Shown here one piece after another: positions 49,471 through 62,707 of a stretch of DNA of 64,000 nucleotides. Origin of the DNA: Chrysemys picta bellii (lineage: Eukaryota). The position numbers and the translations under genes are program-made. The stretch covers positions 11,346,001-11,410,000 of the forward strand of contig NC_088814.1 of NCBI RefSeq assembly GCF_011386835.1, written 5' to 3'. Numbering within the stretch: position 1 is the stretch's first letter; each line of letters begins with the position of its first letter. The notes under the pieces were generated by a model. That model was not told where the DNA came from. It saw nothing but the letters and a program-made list of their open reading frames with translations, and searched no databases.

Positions 49471-51104
49471 TCCACATTGAGCCATTTTCTATCGGTATGG
49501 TGTGCATGGAATCTCCATTGAAGGCTATGAGAGAGCCTCAAGGATTGGGCCTGTTTTTTTTTTTTTTCTATGTCTTCATTGTTATTGATTATTTTTGAGT
49601 GGCGTAGGTTAGTCATGGACCCCCCACTGTGCTCGGTGCTGTACAAACACTGGAGAAAAAGGTGGCTATACTAATGAGCTGACAATCTAGGTAAACACCA
49701 ATGTTACCAACCTGCCTTTGATCTGAAAGGCCTTTGCTTTCTGCAGCCTAATGGCAAGCGATTTTATTCAACACTCCTACCGCAATTTCACAAAAGTTGT
49801 GGATGTCTGAGATGTTGGTAAAAATCAAGTTTACCCGTGTCTGAAATGCCTGACTCTCGTCATAGAAATCGCATGGAATCTTACATTACTAACGGAGCCA
49901 GTCAGACTTGCTTCATCATTTTTTTGTCAGCACGTATGAGAATTATGTCTTTTTAATCAAATGGATTGCAATTGTCCTTCATTGCGCAGCAAGGCTGATC
50001 ATGAGACAGGAAAGGAAAGTTCTTGTGTCCTAGATTCTAAAGAGGGGTATATTGGCACGACAGAGATTGCTTTCCGGGAGCAATACAAAAATAATGACAA
50101 AATTAAAGCATTTCATACTACGTGGGAGGAATATCTCTGACATAAAGGAGAAAACAACCGGTTGGGCGAGAGGCAGAGAAGATGGCTAAAAGGGCAGGGA
50201 GTGGAGGATTTTGCTTTTGAAAGCGTTTGTTAGTTAAGTGTTCATTATCCCTTCTCTCAATTCCCTGCACAGTTTTAATATGCAGTTTTATTGGTTTGTT
50301 TTGTTTTAAATTCAATGGAGACATAAAAATAATCACCAAAGAAAAATGCTGATATGCCATCTAGGAGAAGCAGCCAGTCCATTAAACATAGACTGCAAAC
50401 AAATCAGTGAACTACGCTGATTTATATCAGCTGATCATTTTGCCCCATTTGGAGAGGATTGGGAGAACCTCTTCACAAGCCGGGAATTGAGAGCAGATGG
50501 AATTATTATTATTAACAATTATTATTATTATTATTGGTGGGAAAGTAATTTCAAAAAAAGTCTGTTGAAAGTGACAAGTTTTCTGGGATTTTTTTCAACA
50601 AATTGTTCTGTGTTTTTGTTTGTTTGTTTGTTTGTTTGTATTGAAAAAAATGGAATCCAATTTTTTTTTCAATAAAAATCTTTGGCAAAGTCTTCCAAAC
50701 ATTTTTTAATCAAAAACCATGTTTAAAATTGTTTTAACCGAAAATAGTTTTCATAAACTAAAAATATTTACTGAAAACATCAAATTTGAACTGAAAACCG
50801 TTATTATTATTTTTTTTACCTTTGGATTTTCAATAATTTCTGTGAGAAATGTTGATGAAAACGAAACAAACAAAAAATCACAATTTCCTGGTATTTTTGA
50901 CCAGCTTTACAAATCACAAAACATGAGCCACAGTAAGACAGAATAGGGGGGGACACCAGAGGGTACCCTCAAAGCACACAATTTCACAGTCCCATAGATT
51001 ATGCAGATTACTCCTTACAAACAACCATTCTGGGATGATGAAAGTTGACCATATCATCAGCAGAATTATTATTTCCCACTTCATCTCTTGCATGTGCCTT
51101 TATC

Positions 51105-51759
51105 TAGGGTTACCATACGTCCGGATTTTCCCGGACATGTCCGGCTTTTTGGGACTCAAATCCCCGTCCGGGGGGAAATCCCCAAAAGCCGAACATGTCC
51201 GGGAAAATCCGGCACCGCTGGGCCGGGGCCGGGGGCCGGCGGTCAGCGGTGCTGGGCGGCCGGGGGGTGCGCCAGGGACCGGCGGTGCTGGGCGGCCGGG
51301 GGGGTGCGCCGGGCCGCCGGGGACCGGCGGTGCTGGGCCGCCGTGGGGTGCGCCGGGCCGCCGGGGGCCACCAGGGGCCGGCGGTGTTGGGCGGCCGGGG
51401 GGTGCGCCGGGCCGCCGGGGACCGGCGGTGCTGGGCGGGCCGGGGGTGCTCGGCCGGGGGCCGGGGACCGGCAGTGCTGGGCGGGCCGGGGGTGCTCGGC
51501 CGGGGGCCCGGCACCCCAGGGCCCGAGCCGACCCAGGCTGGAAACGCCGGGGGGGGCAGCCTGGGCCGCGCCTCCTCCCCCCACAGCCCCCTTACCTGCT
51601 TCAGGCTTCCCGCGAATCAAATGTTCGCGGGAAGCAGGGGAGGGGGCGGAGACTTTGGGGAAGGGGCGGAGTTGGGGTGGGGGCGTGGGCGGGGCTGGGG
51701 GCGGGGCCGGGGCCCCATGGAGTGTCCTCCTTTTGGAGGCACAAAATATGGTAACCCTA
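51105..51759. mobile_element. MITE with an internal, very GC-rich tandem repeat
   Basis: TIR TAGGGTTACCATA / TATGGTAACCCTA; 7-bp flanking duplication CTTTATC; repeated CCGGCGGTGCTGGGCGG units at about 51230-51510. Confidence 0.9.
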
Positions 51760-52138
51760 CTTTATCCCTGGTAACACAGACCTGTGAAATCACTGGCCAA
51801 GTTTGCAAGGCCTTACGCTCAAGTTGATGGCATTTCTTTGTCTGTCTCTTTGTCTGTAACGAGATAACATTTGAACGCTGCATGCGATCAATTCCAAAGT
51901 TTCAGGGAATGTTTTAGGCAACAGTGGGCAGTACCCTATTCATTTGGGGGGAAATCAGAAACCCAGAAAGGGGAAATGAGGGAATTGGATTAGCCCAGAC
52001 AGCAACTTCAACCACCTCTGTAATTGTGTATAGATCAAGGAATGGGTTGATGGCAGGCACTAAAACCAACACCCCCATCTCAGCTCTGCCCCTCATCCCA
52101 GCAGAGTTTAAAATGTTGGCACCCCGAATGACGTATCT

Positions 52139-52433
52139 CAGGGGTCGGCAACCTTTCAGAAGTGGTATGCCGAGTCTTCATTTATTCACTCTCATTTAAG
52201 GTTTCGCGTGCCAGTAATACATGTTAACGTTTTTAGAAGGTCTCTTTCTATAAGTCGACTATTGTTGTATGTAAAGTAAATAAGGTTTTTAAAAAGTTTA
52301 AGAAGCTTCATTAAAATTAAATTAAAATGCGGAGCCCCCTGGACCAGTGGCCAGGACCCAGGCAGTGTGAGTGCCACTGAAAATCAGCTCGTGTGCCGCC
52401 TTTGGCACGCGTGCCATAGGTTGCCGACCCCTG
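52139..52433. mobile_element. hAT-type MITE
   Basis: TIR CAGGGGTCGGCAACCT / AGGTTGCCGACCCCTG; exact TSD ACGTATCT. Confidence 0.95.
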
Positions 52434-54496
52434 ACGTATCTCCTAGACAGAGTGAAAATGGGGGGAAGGTGGCACCAAAAGCCCCTGGGACAAGGGAGAA
52501 TAGAGGACAATGATGTGATGGGAGGGGACATGGGGGACAGAAATAGCAGTTGACATGTGGCAGAGGGGGCACTTAGAGTCCCAGCATGGTGAGGAAGAGG
52601 GGAATGGGGGGCTGGCAGGAAGGGAGCATGGGGGGGGGTACACAGACCACCTCTCATGGGGAGAAAATGTGGGGACTGACCCTGGTAGGGGGAGGAAGGC
52701 ATACAGAGCCACTGGCATGAGGGAGGAGGTGGGCGTGTTGCGTGGAGTCCCTGAAATGGGGGGATGGGTGGGTGGCACACAGAGACCTTGCCGGGGGAGG
52801 GGACCAGCCTGTCCACAGGGGCTGTTTGCAGAGGGGCTAATCAAAGGCTAATCAGTAGCAATGGGCAGATAAGTGGAGCGCTCGGCTTTGCGGGGAGGAG
52901 CAAGGGGCCGCAGCGCAGGACCAGACGAGCGTGGGGCGGTGTTACCCAGCTGAGGGCCATCGCAGGGCCAGAGGATGGATTTGCTGGCAGTGCTGTATGG
53001 CGGTAGGCATAGTAACCAGGCAGCAGGAAGAAGCTCAGGCCGTTTTCAATGTTTGCTTTTCCCTCTCAAATCCCCAAAGTGATTAGCTCGTAGGAAAGGC
53101 TGAGGGCCGAACCCGTGGCTGTTGCCCCCTCTGTAACACTGCAGTCAGCGGGGAAGTCATATCGCTGCAGGCGAGATCAGCATCTGGCCCAAAGTGTTTG
53201 CGAGTTTTCCCTGTTGTAAATCAATGTCGTTTTACAATTATATAACTGCAAAAAAAGCATCCAAACCTTGTGTATGGCACTTGTGTTGTATCAATCCTTC
53301 CCTCCATTAGTCCTCCCCCGCACCTGCTGTCACCCCTTAGCATGCCAAAGGAAAATTAGCACGGATCCGCTATGATCAGCAGCTGAGAGGGCACATCCCA
53401 CCAGGAGGTGCCTGGCACGCCAGCCAGCTCCTCAATTGTATCCCACCAGGAGGTACCTGCGTGAGCCAGTGGATTCTCCCAAGCCTCGAGGCGTTCAGTG
53501 GACAGCCACTTAGCTGATTTGGTCCTCTCGCTAAATCCCATATCCCACACCTCCATTATATCACTGAGCCTGGTGGGCAAGGGTGTCCTGACCTCCCCAG
53601 AAAGAGTGTGGGGAAGAAAGGACATCGGAAAGGATGTGGGACTGCTCTAAAAGGGGTGTGTCAGTATTCGGTTTATCATCATCTGCACCCAAAGCCTTCC
53701 GTCTCATTTCCCCGTAAATTCTCTGACCTCTCAGGCAAGTCCAAAATTTCCAAGGGAGGCAGGGCCCAGCCTTGTGTCCCACCCTCCCCAGACTCCTCCC
53801 CAAGGGGATGGCCTCTCCTCCCGCCCCTTTCTGGATCTATATTTTCCATTTGGAACTCCTTCAGCCTTCTTGTGTGTTGCCCATTCTCCTCTCTGGGATG
53901 AGCTGGATGTGGGTTATATAGACCTCAGACCCCTCCTGCTCCCAGCGGCCTCTTGGAGGACAGGTTCATTAGGGTCAGCTGCTTGGTGGCTTTTGTTTGT
54001 TTTTCCTCCCCCCTCCCCCATGTCACAATTCATTCTGTCACAACCTGGCACACCACCCAGCCCAGCAGGTGTGCCCTACCTGGAGGTACCTGGCATGTTC
54101 AAGTGGCTACTCTACATGACAGAACCCTTCTAGGCTGGGCCTGCCTGATCTTTTGCTTAATTTCTCACTGTTGTTGCTACTCGTAAAGCCTCACCGGTAC
54201 TTGAAATGGTGGGAATGCTAGTGTAGACTGGCCACCAGCCCTCAACCACTGTACGTTTAGCCTGGCTCGAAAGAGGGTGGGACAACATGGTAGTTAAAAT
54301 GTTGACATGACCCAATGCCCAGTCTACTGTAAATCCTACCACTGATGGAGCGGCAACAGTGGGAAACGTTAAAGAAAAATGCTAATGTAGACAAAGCCTG
54401 GAGCAGCCCAAACCAACTCTGCCAGATATCAATGGGAGTCTTTCCACAGAGTGTAAGGAGAGTTGGATCAGGTCCATAATGAATAGGGCTGGTCAA

Positions 54497-54660
54497 GAAC
54501 ATAAGAACAGAAGAGCGGCCCTACTGGGTCAGACCAAGGGTCCATCTCACCCAGTGTCCTGTCTCCCAACAGTGGCCAGTGCCAGGTGCCCCAGAGGGAA
54601 TGAACAGAACAGGTATCATCAAGCGATCCATCCCCTGTCGCTCATTCCCAGCTTCTGGCA
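54497..54660 (-). mobile_element. CR1-type 3' end (GAACATAAGAA tail subfamily)
   Basis: Same sequence as 62708 onwards. Confidence 0.75.
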
Positions 54661-55340
54661 ATTCTGGATTTCTGGCAAGAAATTTCCCCAGAAAATTGGG
54701 ATTTTAATTAAATCAAAGTGCTTTGGTAAGTCAGGGCCCTGATGAGGCTGCTAAGTGAAAGAACTGGTCAGAAAATGGGCTTTTTTTCCACTCTGGAAAA
54801 TTTTGACTTTTCAGCAAAGTTAAAAACCCTGAAGTATCTCAGCCAAAAGCCGTACTACTTCAGTTAGGAAATGCCACTGTGCATCATGGAAGTTTCACCT
54901 CAGGGGCCTCATGCCTTAGTTCCATTTTTCGACCAAGCTTCTTGGTCAGACTGCATCTCCCGTGCTGCACAAGGGTCTCCCCTCATGGAGGAGGGAAGTG
55001 ATTGCATGATAGGAGTCTCTGGCTATGGGGCATCATGGAAGATCATCCTGGGGTGTACCATAGTCCAGTTGGGGAGCGAGGCCCATAGAGCAGAATAGGA
55101 ACCTGAGGAAACCAGACTACATCTCCCATGAGGCATGGCGGCAGGATATCCAAATCAAGATATTACCGTTCTTGGACATTTTGATTTTTCAATACAAAAA
55201 ATGCAAACAAAATTAAAATAAATCATTTAGTCAAAAACCCAATTTTCTGGTCTTTTAGCTACTGAAACGTGGACCTCTACCACATGAAGGAACACAAAGC
55301 TGTCAGTAGTAGTAGCCCCTTTATCTTCTCCATATACCAG

Positions 55341-55353
55341 CCACTAGAGGGCA
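55341..55353 (+). promoter_or_regulatory. CTCF core motif
   Basis: CCACTAGAGGGCA, a perfect match to CCASYAGRKGGCR. Confidence 0.6.
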
Positions 55354-56422
55354 ACAAGATATCTCTCTCAGGCAGGCGCCCACACACTGGACAGAGCCAG
55401 TTCATTGCAGCAGCCGAAGTCCCTTTCCTTAACCGGATCCAAGTAAATCAGTCTTAGATTTAGGTTTCTGGTTTGTTTCCCTTCGGTTTTTTAGCTAAGC
55501 TGGTATAAAGGTTTCCATTATATATCCAATTTTCCCAAAGGTTTTAAACTCGTGTGATTTTTTTCTCTCTCTCTCAAGTAGCATTAAAGCCCTCAGAGTT
55601 TTTTCTGCAAACTGTTGTCTCAAAAAACCCCACAAAAAATCAGTTTGATCATTTTAAAATGACAGCGCAACCCACTTCCGATCTAGTGAAAGTCTGTTTG
55701 TAGCGAAGCAGAATGAACATTCCAAATGGTTCTGGTACGTTGCCGGGTTCACACTGCGTTCTGGTTATTGTGAACCTCTACTTATGGCCCTTCCTTCAGC
55801 AAAGCACCCGAGCAAGTTGTTAGCTTTAAGTATCTGAGTAGTTCCACCAGAGTCAGAAGCTGTGGACAGTCATTTAGAGTCAACAGGATGTAAGCACATG
55901 AGTTATTTTCATACCTGAGCGTGGTAGCCCCACTGAGCTCTGTGGTACTACAGACACGTCTGTAAAAAATGATGGATCAGGTCTCAGTTACTAATTATTC
56001 ATCCTGCTATTATTTTTCAATGTTGTCAAGGAAAGGGATTTAATATCCTACTTTGATCTCATTGCATTTGCATCAACATCAACCAGTTAAGGGGCAAAGG
56101 GCTGCTTCCCTAGTGGCCCCCATCGGAAATTCTGAAAGTCTAGCAAAGTTAGAATAAATATTAATTTCATAAATTGCTTAATTCTGAGGACAGGCTCTGT
56201 GGGAGAGTTGTAGTGTACAGTCCCCGCCTGGAGCTAAACACCAAGCAGCCATTCTCTGTATTTCACCCTGTCGTGGGATCCACTCACTGCAGGTGGTGCC
56301 TCCCCCTGGTCACTCTGGGGAACAGCTCTCTGACAGGTCTGACATCTCTCCTTATGGTCTCTCTCTCATTGTCCTCTTTCTCATTCTGCGGTCCCTCTCT
56401 CACTCCAGGCACTGCAGCCTCC

Positions 56423-57072
56423 CGTGGTTAGATGTTCGGCTGCGTGCATGTGTTCCCTCTGTGTGCCATCCCAACCCTGTGCAGGCAGCTGGCACAGCAG
56501 ACCTCGAGCGAACCACCCAATGACCACAAGATCCGTTAAGAGATGAAGGCACTCAGCCAGATTTATTGTTGGCGAAGCATGGTACTAGTATCCTGCAGAC
56601 TCTACTGGACCACTAATACATGTATGCCTGTAACAATGGACTAGCTCAGTGAATGGCAGGGCTTTCCATCCCTCTCTAGGCCAGACAAAGATACTCCCTC
56701 TGAGATACATCATTATACCCTGATACAAATTAGTACTGCCCCTCTGACATAGTTAGTTATTGCCCCCTGATGTGGCTAGTTATCACCCATCACCTTGTAC
56801 AGGTTGGTTTGATTAAAACATCACTATTACGTACTGTCATCCTGACCTTATCTTTTAGGAGGGGTCAGTGTGTTCCTGTTATCCTTGGGGAATGTTTTTG
56901 TACCATCCGTGATATCGGGATGTGTTTGCGTGAGTGCTCTGTGCCTAGCACTTCTTAGGCATGTGTATTTTTGCGATATCAGCCCTGTTCTTGCCAGATT
57001 CTGTGAGCAGGTCCTGCCTCATACCAGGCCTCGAATACAAGGGCTTATGTTTCAGGCTCTCTTCCTACTACA
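56423..57072 (-). mobile_element. Solo LTR (ERV-like), nested in another LTR-like repeat (about 56268-57450)
   Basis: Colinear with 15943-16654; exact 5-bp TSD CCTCC. Confidence 0.85.
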
Positions 57073-59110
57073 CCTCCTCTTCGTGACTTGGCCTTTTGGC
57101 CAGGTCCTATTCCTTGCTGCTTTTCCCCTGAGCATTTCCTACCTTTTTCGCTCCTCCCCACGCTCTGGGTTTGCCAGCCCAAACTCCCTCCTCCCAGGGA
57201 GTAACTGTGGACTACTCTCTATAGTCCCAAACACAACTCCCTTCACCCAGGGAGTGACTGCAGCCCCCCTCTGCTATCAGCTCCCTGGCTTTAGAGAAAC
57301 CCCTCCTGTTCCCACCCAGGTGCACTTCCCCTAATTAGGGCTTTCCTCTCAGCCTTAATACTCCAGCCGGCCACCTACTAGGTTAATTGGCCTATCTGGC
57401 TTCCATTAACCCCTTCAGGGCAAGTGTGTTTTGCGGATGCCCCATCACATACCCTGAACCGTGCCCCAGTGGAAAGGGATTTGCACAGGGGAGTTCCGCA
57501 GAGCTCAGGAGTGGAATCCTCTCCAAGGCCACGGAGCCCCCCCATGAGATGAGCTACTGCATTCCCATGGGGAGTGATTTGGTTTGTGCATTTACATAAG
57601 CAGAGATCCACTGACCCTGTCCCTTTGACTGGCCTGATTGTGAAGTGAGACAAGGCGGGTGAGGTAATATCTTTTATTGAACATATGTTTTGGCCCCCAA
57701 GGGAAGGCAGAGCATTGGCTTACCTCCTTGCAAAGCAGAATTCCAGGACTCCTGTCTTTCCAGCTCTCCTGACTGCTAGGATAGGATGGTCTGGGCAAAG
57801 GGGGGTGGCAGGATTTGGCCTTAATTCTTATCTTAATTCTGCACCTGATTCTTATCTCATGTTTGCACCCATGCAATTCCCTGAGTTACTTCTGATTTTC
57901 ACCAGGGTGAGATCCGAAATGGCCCGTCTGTCTTTTTTGGGTCTGGCCCTTCTGGTCTTGTTTACCTTCCACAGTGACTCAGTTTCCCATTGGTGAAGAT
58001 CCGTTGAGTCACGTAGTGGAGAACTGGCCCCCTGGCATGTCGCTCTGACTGCCACACGGTGTTGAAGAGAGCTGCTGGATGATGCAGATTTCAACAGTAA
58101 AGAGAACCTTGCTTTTTTTTTTTTTCCCAGAGACACTTTTTAATTAAGCCCGGAATGTCTCCTATGGCAGCGAACGCAAAGCAATAAAGAGCCTCGGAGC
58201 TTGATTAAACACTGAAGCGAAGTGGTGGCACCGCTGCTGTTATTTGGAAAGGAGGATGCACTCGCGCAACGCAGCCGTTCAGAAATAAAGTTGTGAACTG
58301 AAACGGCAGGATCTTACCGAGCAAAATGTCAGGCAGTAAAGGAATGTCAATACTTGGGGGGTTTAATTTGACAAAGCAAAGAAACGACTGCGCGGAAAGG
58401 CACTCGGAGGCTCAGCAGTCGCAGGAGCTCTCTCTAAAAAGGGAACAATACTAAACCCTTCCCCTCCCCGCCGCCTTAAGGATCAATTCTCCTGCCCCTG
58501 GCTGTCTCCAGTGCCACCTCACTTCCTGGATCTGCACTGGTTTCCACTTGTCTTCTGAAAGGCCACGCTTCTTCTGCTCCTTCTCCCATGCTCTCAGTGG
58601 GTCTCTTCTGGCACCGGTACAAATCAGGTGTAACTCCATTAAGGGCAATGTAAATAAGAGAAACAAGGCCTATAACTCTACTCCCAGCTACAGCTGAGCC
58701 TTCAATTCCGGCTGCACCCCATCCCCTCTCTTATGCCCCTCCCAAACGTCTCCTCTGCCCTTATCCAGCTCTGTTGGATATCACGCCATTTCTTACATTT
58801 GGAGCAGCCTCTTAACCAGAAACAGTTCGGAAAGCGCCGCCATTCTGTGAGCTATTCCAGACACCCGGACCAATTGCCACTCTGGGTATCCTCTGCTTTG
58901 GACCCGTTTACAGCATAGGGCTGCATAGACTCCCAGAGAATGGCTATATTGAAACTGGGAGCCTGCCTCTCGAGCTAAAATGAACAGTATGGATGCTGTG
59001 GCATGGGCAGCAGTGGCTTGGGCTAGCCATCTGAGCTCGGACCTAAGGGGTCGGACGGGCTTGCTCTCGGGTGAGTAGCCCGAGCTTCTGCCTATGGTGC
59101 AAGGCCCACA

Positions 59111-59529
59111 CAGGGCCACCCGACGTGGGGGGGCAAGTGGGGCAATTTTCCCCAGGCCCTGCAGGGCCTCCGCGAGCCCCGGCCAAGAATCCCTTTCCTG
59201 GCTAGAGGCGCTTTTTCATTTTTACTCACCCGGCGGCGCTCCGAGTTTTGGCCGCACTTCAGCAGCAGGGGGTCCTTCACCTCGCTCCGGGTCTTCGGCG
59301 GCACTTCAGTGGCGGGGGGTCCTTCACGTCGCTCCGTGACTTCGGCAGCAGTTCGGTGGCGGGGGGGGGGTCCTTCAGTGCCGTGGAAGAACCGCAGCCA
59401 GTGAAGGACCCGCCGCCGCAGACTCGGAGCGCTGCCCGGTGAGTACAAGCACAGCAGCGGGTGGCACCTTTTTTTATGTCTGCCCCCCCCACTTTGCCCC
59501 AGGCTCCCTCAATCCTCTGGGCGGTCCTG
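59111..59529. mobile_element. GC-rich hAT-type MITE with internal tandem units
   Basis: CAGGGCCACCC / GGGCGGTCCTG termini; flanks GGCCCACA / GGCCCTCG; repeated GGGGGTCCTTCA motif. Confidence 0.75.
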
Positions 59530-61533
59530 GGCCCTCGCTGCTCTTTTTAGCGTGCTAGCTAGAATGGACCTAGTGCAAGTCACTCTACCCATGCTGGAAG
59601 GCAGGCTCCCGACCGCAGGGTAGCCGTACTCTCCTTGACTTCAACTGGCGTTTAGATCTTTGGGCCATGGAGTGTGTTCTTGCTCTAAAAGATTATTCTA
59701 GTCAATCTGCCACTCACACCCACGCTAGAAAATATAGACACCATAGCCTAGAAAGATCATCCCCCCCCCCCCAACTTTCAATTCTACCCATTTGCTTTTT
59801 CTTGCTGCACATTTAAAGCTAAAAAGGATTAAGAGAAATGATCATCTCAAAGGAAAAAGAAGCTGAGTGGTATTCTGTTCTCAAGGGTTTGAAAGGGCCC
59901 TTGCCATCTCTGCAAAGGTGGTGATGCGAAGGAGAGAGCTATGCAGCTGGACAAGGGTGTGAATGACTGATGGAGGGCATGCCTTGAAAATGGGGGGTTG
60001 ACTAGCTGACCCACACACTATCCTCCAGCTAAGTTTGCCCTGTGTTGTTGTAACATCTGAGCTCCTCGTCATCTTTAATACATTTAGCCTCACAACCCTC
60101 GCCCCCCCACTCCCGATGGGGAAACTGAGGCACACAGAAACAAAGGCCAGATCTACACTTACAAATCAGCTCGACCAAGCTATGTCACTCAGGGCTGTGA
60201 AAAATTTCGCACCCTGAGCACCATATTTAGGTTGACACTAAGACACAGCTAGGTCAACGGAAGAATTATTTTGTTGAAAAATGACCTTTTAAAAAAAAAA
60301 TCCCCAAAACATGCAAAGATATTTCTTTGAAACCCCAAAATATTTTCATTTTTTCATGGAAACCAGGGGAGAGACGTGGGGAGGGGATGGAGTCAAAACT
60401 GAAACTATGTCATGAAAAAGGTTAAAGAAATGAAAAGCCATTCCTTTTTTAAATTATTTTAGTTTTTTCATAGGTTTTCATGAAACGTTAACATAACACA
60501 AAGGTTGTGTTTTTCATCAGGAAATGCCAAACTTTAGATTGAATGTATCATGTTAACAGTGGATCGGGACCTGCATTTGGCCCCAGGCAAACCTGGGTTA
60601 AATCCCTGACTCTGCCACTAGTTTGTTGCAAGACCTTGGACAAGTCACTTCACTGCTATGTGCCTCAGTATCTCCATCTGTAAAATGGGGATAATGCCAC
60701 TGACCTCCTTTGTAAAGAGAGATCTATGGATGAAAAGTGCTAGATCAGGGTAGGTTTCATTATTGTGAATATATATGCATTGGAGACCATTTGTAATTAC
60801 ACGTTCACATCTTATGGTCCCTATCCTGCAAAGACATGCTCATATGCTTAGCTTTAGATACTCTGGGTAGTCCCATTGAGGAACCATATAGTTCAAAAAC
60901 AGCTGTAACATTTTTACTTAATAAAAAAAAAATCACAGGTGGGCAAACACTGACTATGGAAAATTTCAGAGCAAAAGCTTCCACACATTTCTGATGTCTT
61001 AAAATAGGCCTGTAAAATGGAAACTGGTTTACTACTTTAATAATATAGGGGTTGCTGACACTGCCACTAAAATGCATGTAGGCGGATTAATGCATCGGCG
61101 ACTACAGATTATTTATGTACATTATTTCTGCTCTCTGTATTTTATTTCGCACCAAGAGTTTCGCATCCAAAACACACATAGCAAAAACAACCCCGTAAAT
61201 CTCTATGGCACAGACAATGCATAGTTATCATTGCTGGGAGGATCTTCCTTTAAGAACGCCAAATGAACTAGGAGAATATCACAGCTGGCAGTTCAATAGT
61301 TTGCCTTCAAGAAAAAAAAATCCAAAGACGACAAAAATCTTTGCCAATAACGTTCCTGTTCAAGAAAAACTGGCCCTCTGCAGACCTCTCAGATCTACAC
61401 CTGTGTCAAATTGCCTTCCAGAAAATAACACTTTTGCTATACATTCTAGGACTTGAAGTAGCAACACTAGAATTAGACTGAAACTGTCACTATAGAGTTA
61501 ACGCCATGTTGCAGATGCTTTACAGCTTTCTCA

Positions 61534-61829
61534 GGGCTGGTCTACACTGGGGGGGGGGGAATCAATCTAAGATACGCAACTTCAGCTATGAGAATAGCGT
61601 AGCTGAAGTCGACATATCTTAGATCAATTTACCTCGGGTCCTCACGGCGCGGGATTGACTGCCGCGGCTTCCCCGTCGACTCCGCTTCCACCTCTCGCTC
61701 TGGTGGAGTTCCGGAGTCAACGGGAGCGCGTTTGGGGATCGATTTATCGCGTCTAGATGAGACGCGGTAAATCGATTCCCGATAGATCGATGACTACCCG
61801 CCGATCCAGCGGGTAGTGAAGACGTACCC
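61534..61829. mobile_element. PIF/Harbinger-type MITE
   Basis: GGGCTGGTCTACACT / AGTGAAGACGTACCC; 3-bp TSD TCA on both sides. Confidence 0.88.
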
Positions 61830-61840
61830 TCAGAATACAG

Positions 61841-62009
61841 GTTTCAGAGTAGCAGCCATGTTAGTCTGTATCCGCAAAAAGAACAGGAGTACTTGTGGCA
61901 CCTTAGAGACTAACAAATTTATTAGAGCATAAGCTTTCGTGGACTACAGCCCACTTCTGAAGAAGTGGGCTGTAGTCCACGAAAGCTTATGCTCTAATAA
62001 ATTTGTTAG
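61841..62009. mobile_element. Penelope terminal foldback with perfect 49-bp inverted repeat and hammerhead core (61957-61992)
   Basis: Arms 61910-61958 and 61961-62009; 13-bp TSD CCTCAGAATACAG (61828-61840, 62010-62022). Confidence 0.9.
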
Positions 62010-62707
62010 CCTCAGAATACAGTGGTTTGTGCTTGAATTTCTCATGGCTGTTCCCAGCCCAGATGGGAATTATTTGGGAAAAGTTCATCTTTAAAATACA
62101 CAGAGCAGATGCATATTCCCAAGATCCACCCTGGGGTTTGATTTGTTTTGATGGAAGATACCATTTGCCACACTGGATCAGTTTATCAGTCTATTCCCCC
62201 TGGAATTCATGCTCCCAACAATGTCCAATATCTGATGTGCCCCCCACCCACACCCACTGCAGACTGCTGTGTTCTACCTGAGAAGTGAGGACTCCACTTT
62301 GCATTCAAAGTTTTCCAGCAGCAAAGAGGAATATTTCTGGGAAGGGAGAGGACCTGCCACACTTACCACCTCCCTCCAATAGGGCTCTGCTGGAAGAAGC
62401 GCCGTTATACTAATTGATCAAGTAAAGCAAAATGTGCCTCTTCCTGCACTCCCCTTTAAAGACATTATGCCTTTGGGCATGCCTACAGTACCCGCCGGAT
62501 CGATGGGTAGTGATCGATCTATTGGGGATCGATTTATCGCGTCTAGTGTAGTCGCGATAAAATCGACCCCCGATCGCTCTGCCATCGACTCTGGAACTCC
62601 ACCACGGCGAGAGGTGGAAGCAGAGTCAATGGGGGAGCGGCAGCGGTCGACTCGCCGCCATCCTCATGGCCAGGACCCTCCCCCCAGTGTAGGCCTAGCC
62701 TTTCAAG

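Noticed and set aside
51035-51827. Gly/Ala/Pro/Arg-rich ORFs of 125-239 aa
   Set aside because: Translation of the GC-rich tandem repeat inside a MITE with TIRs and a flanking duplication.
15943-57072. A single ~41-kb provirus bounded by the two similar LTRs
   Set aside because: Each LTR has its own TSD, and no gag/pol/env is visible between them.
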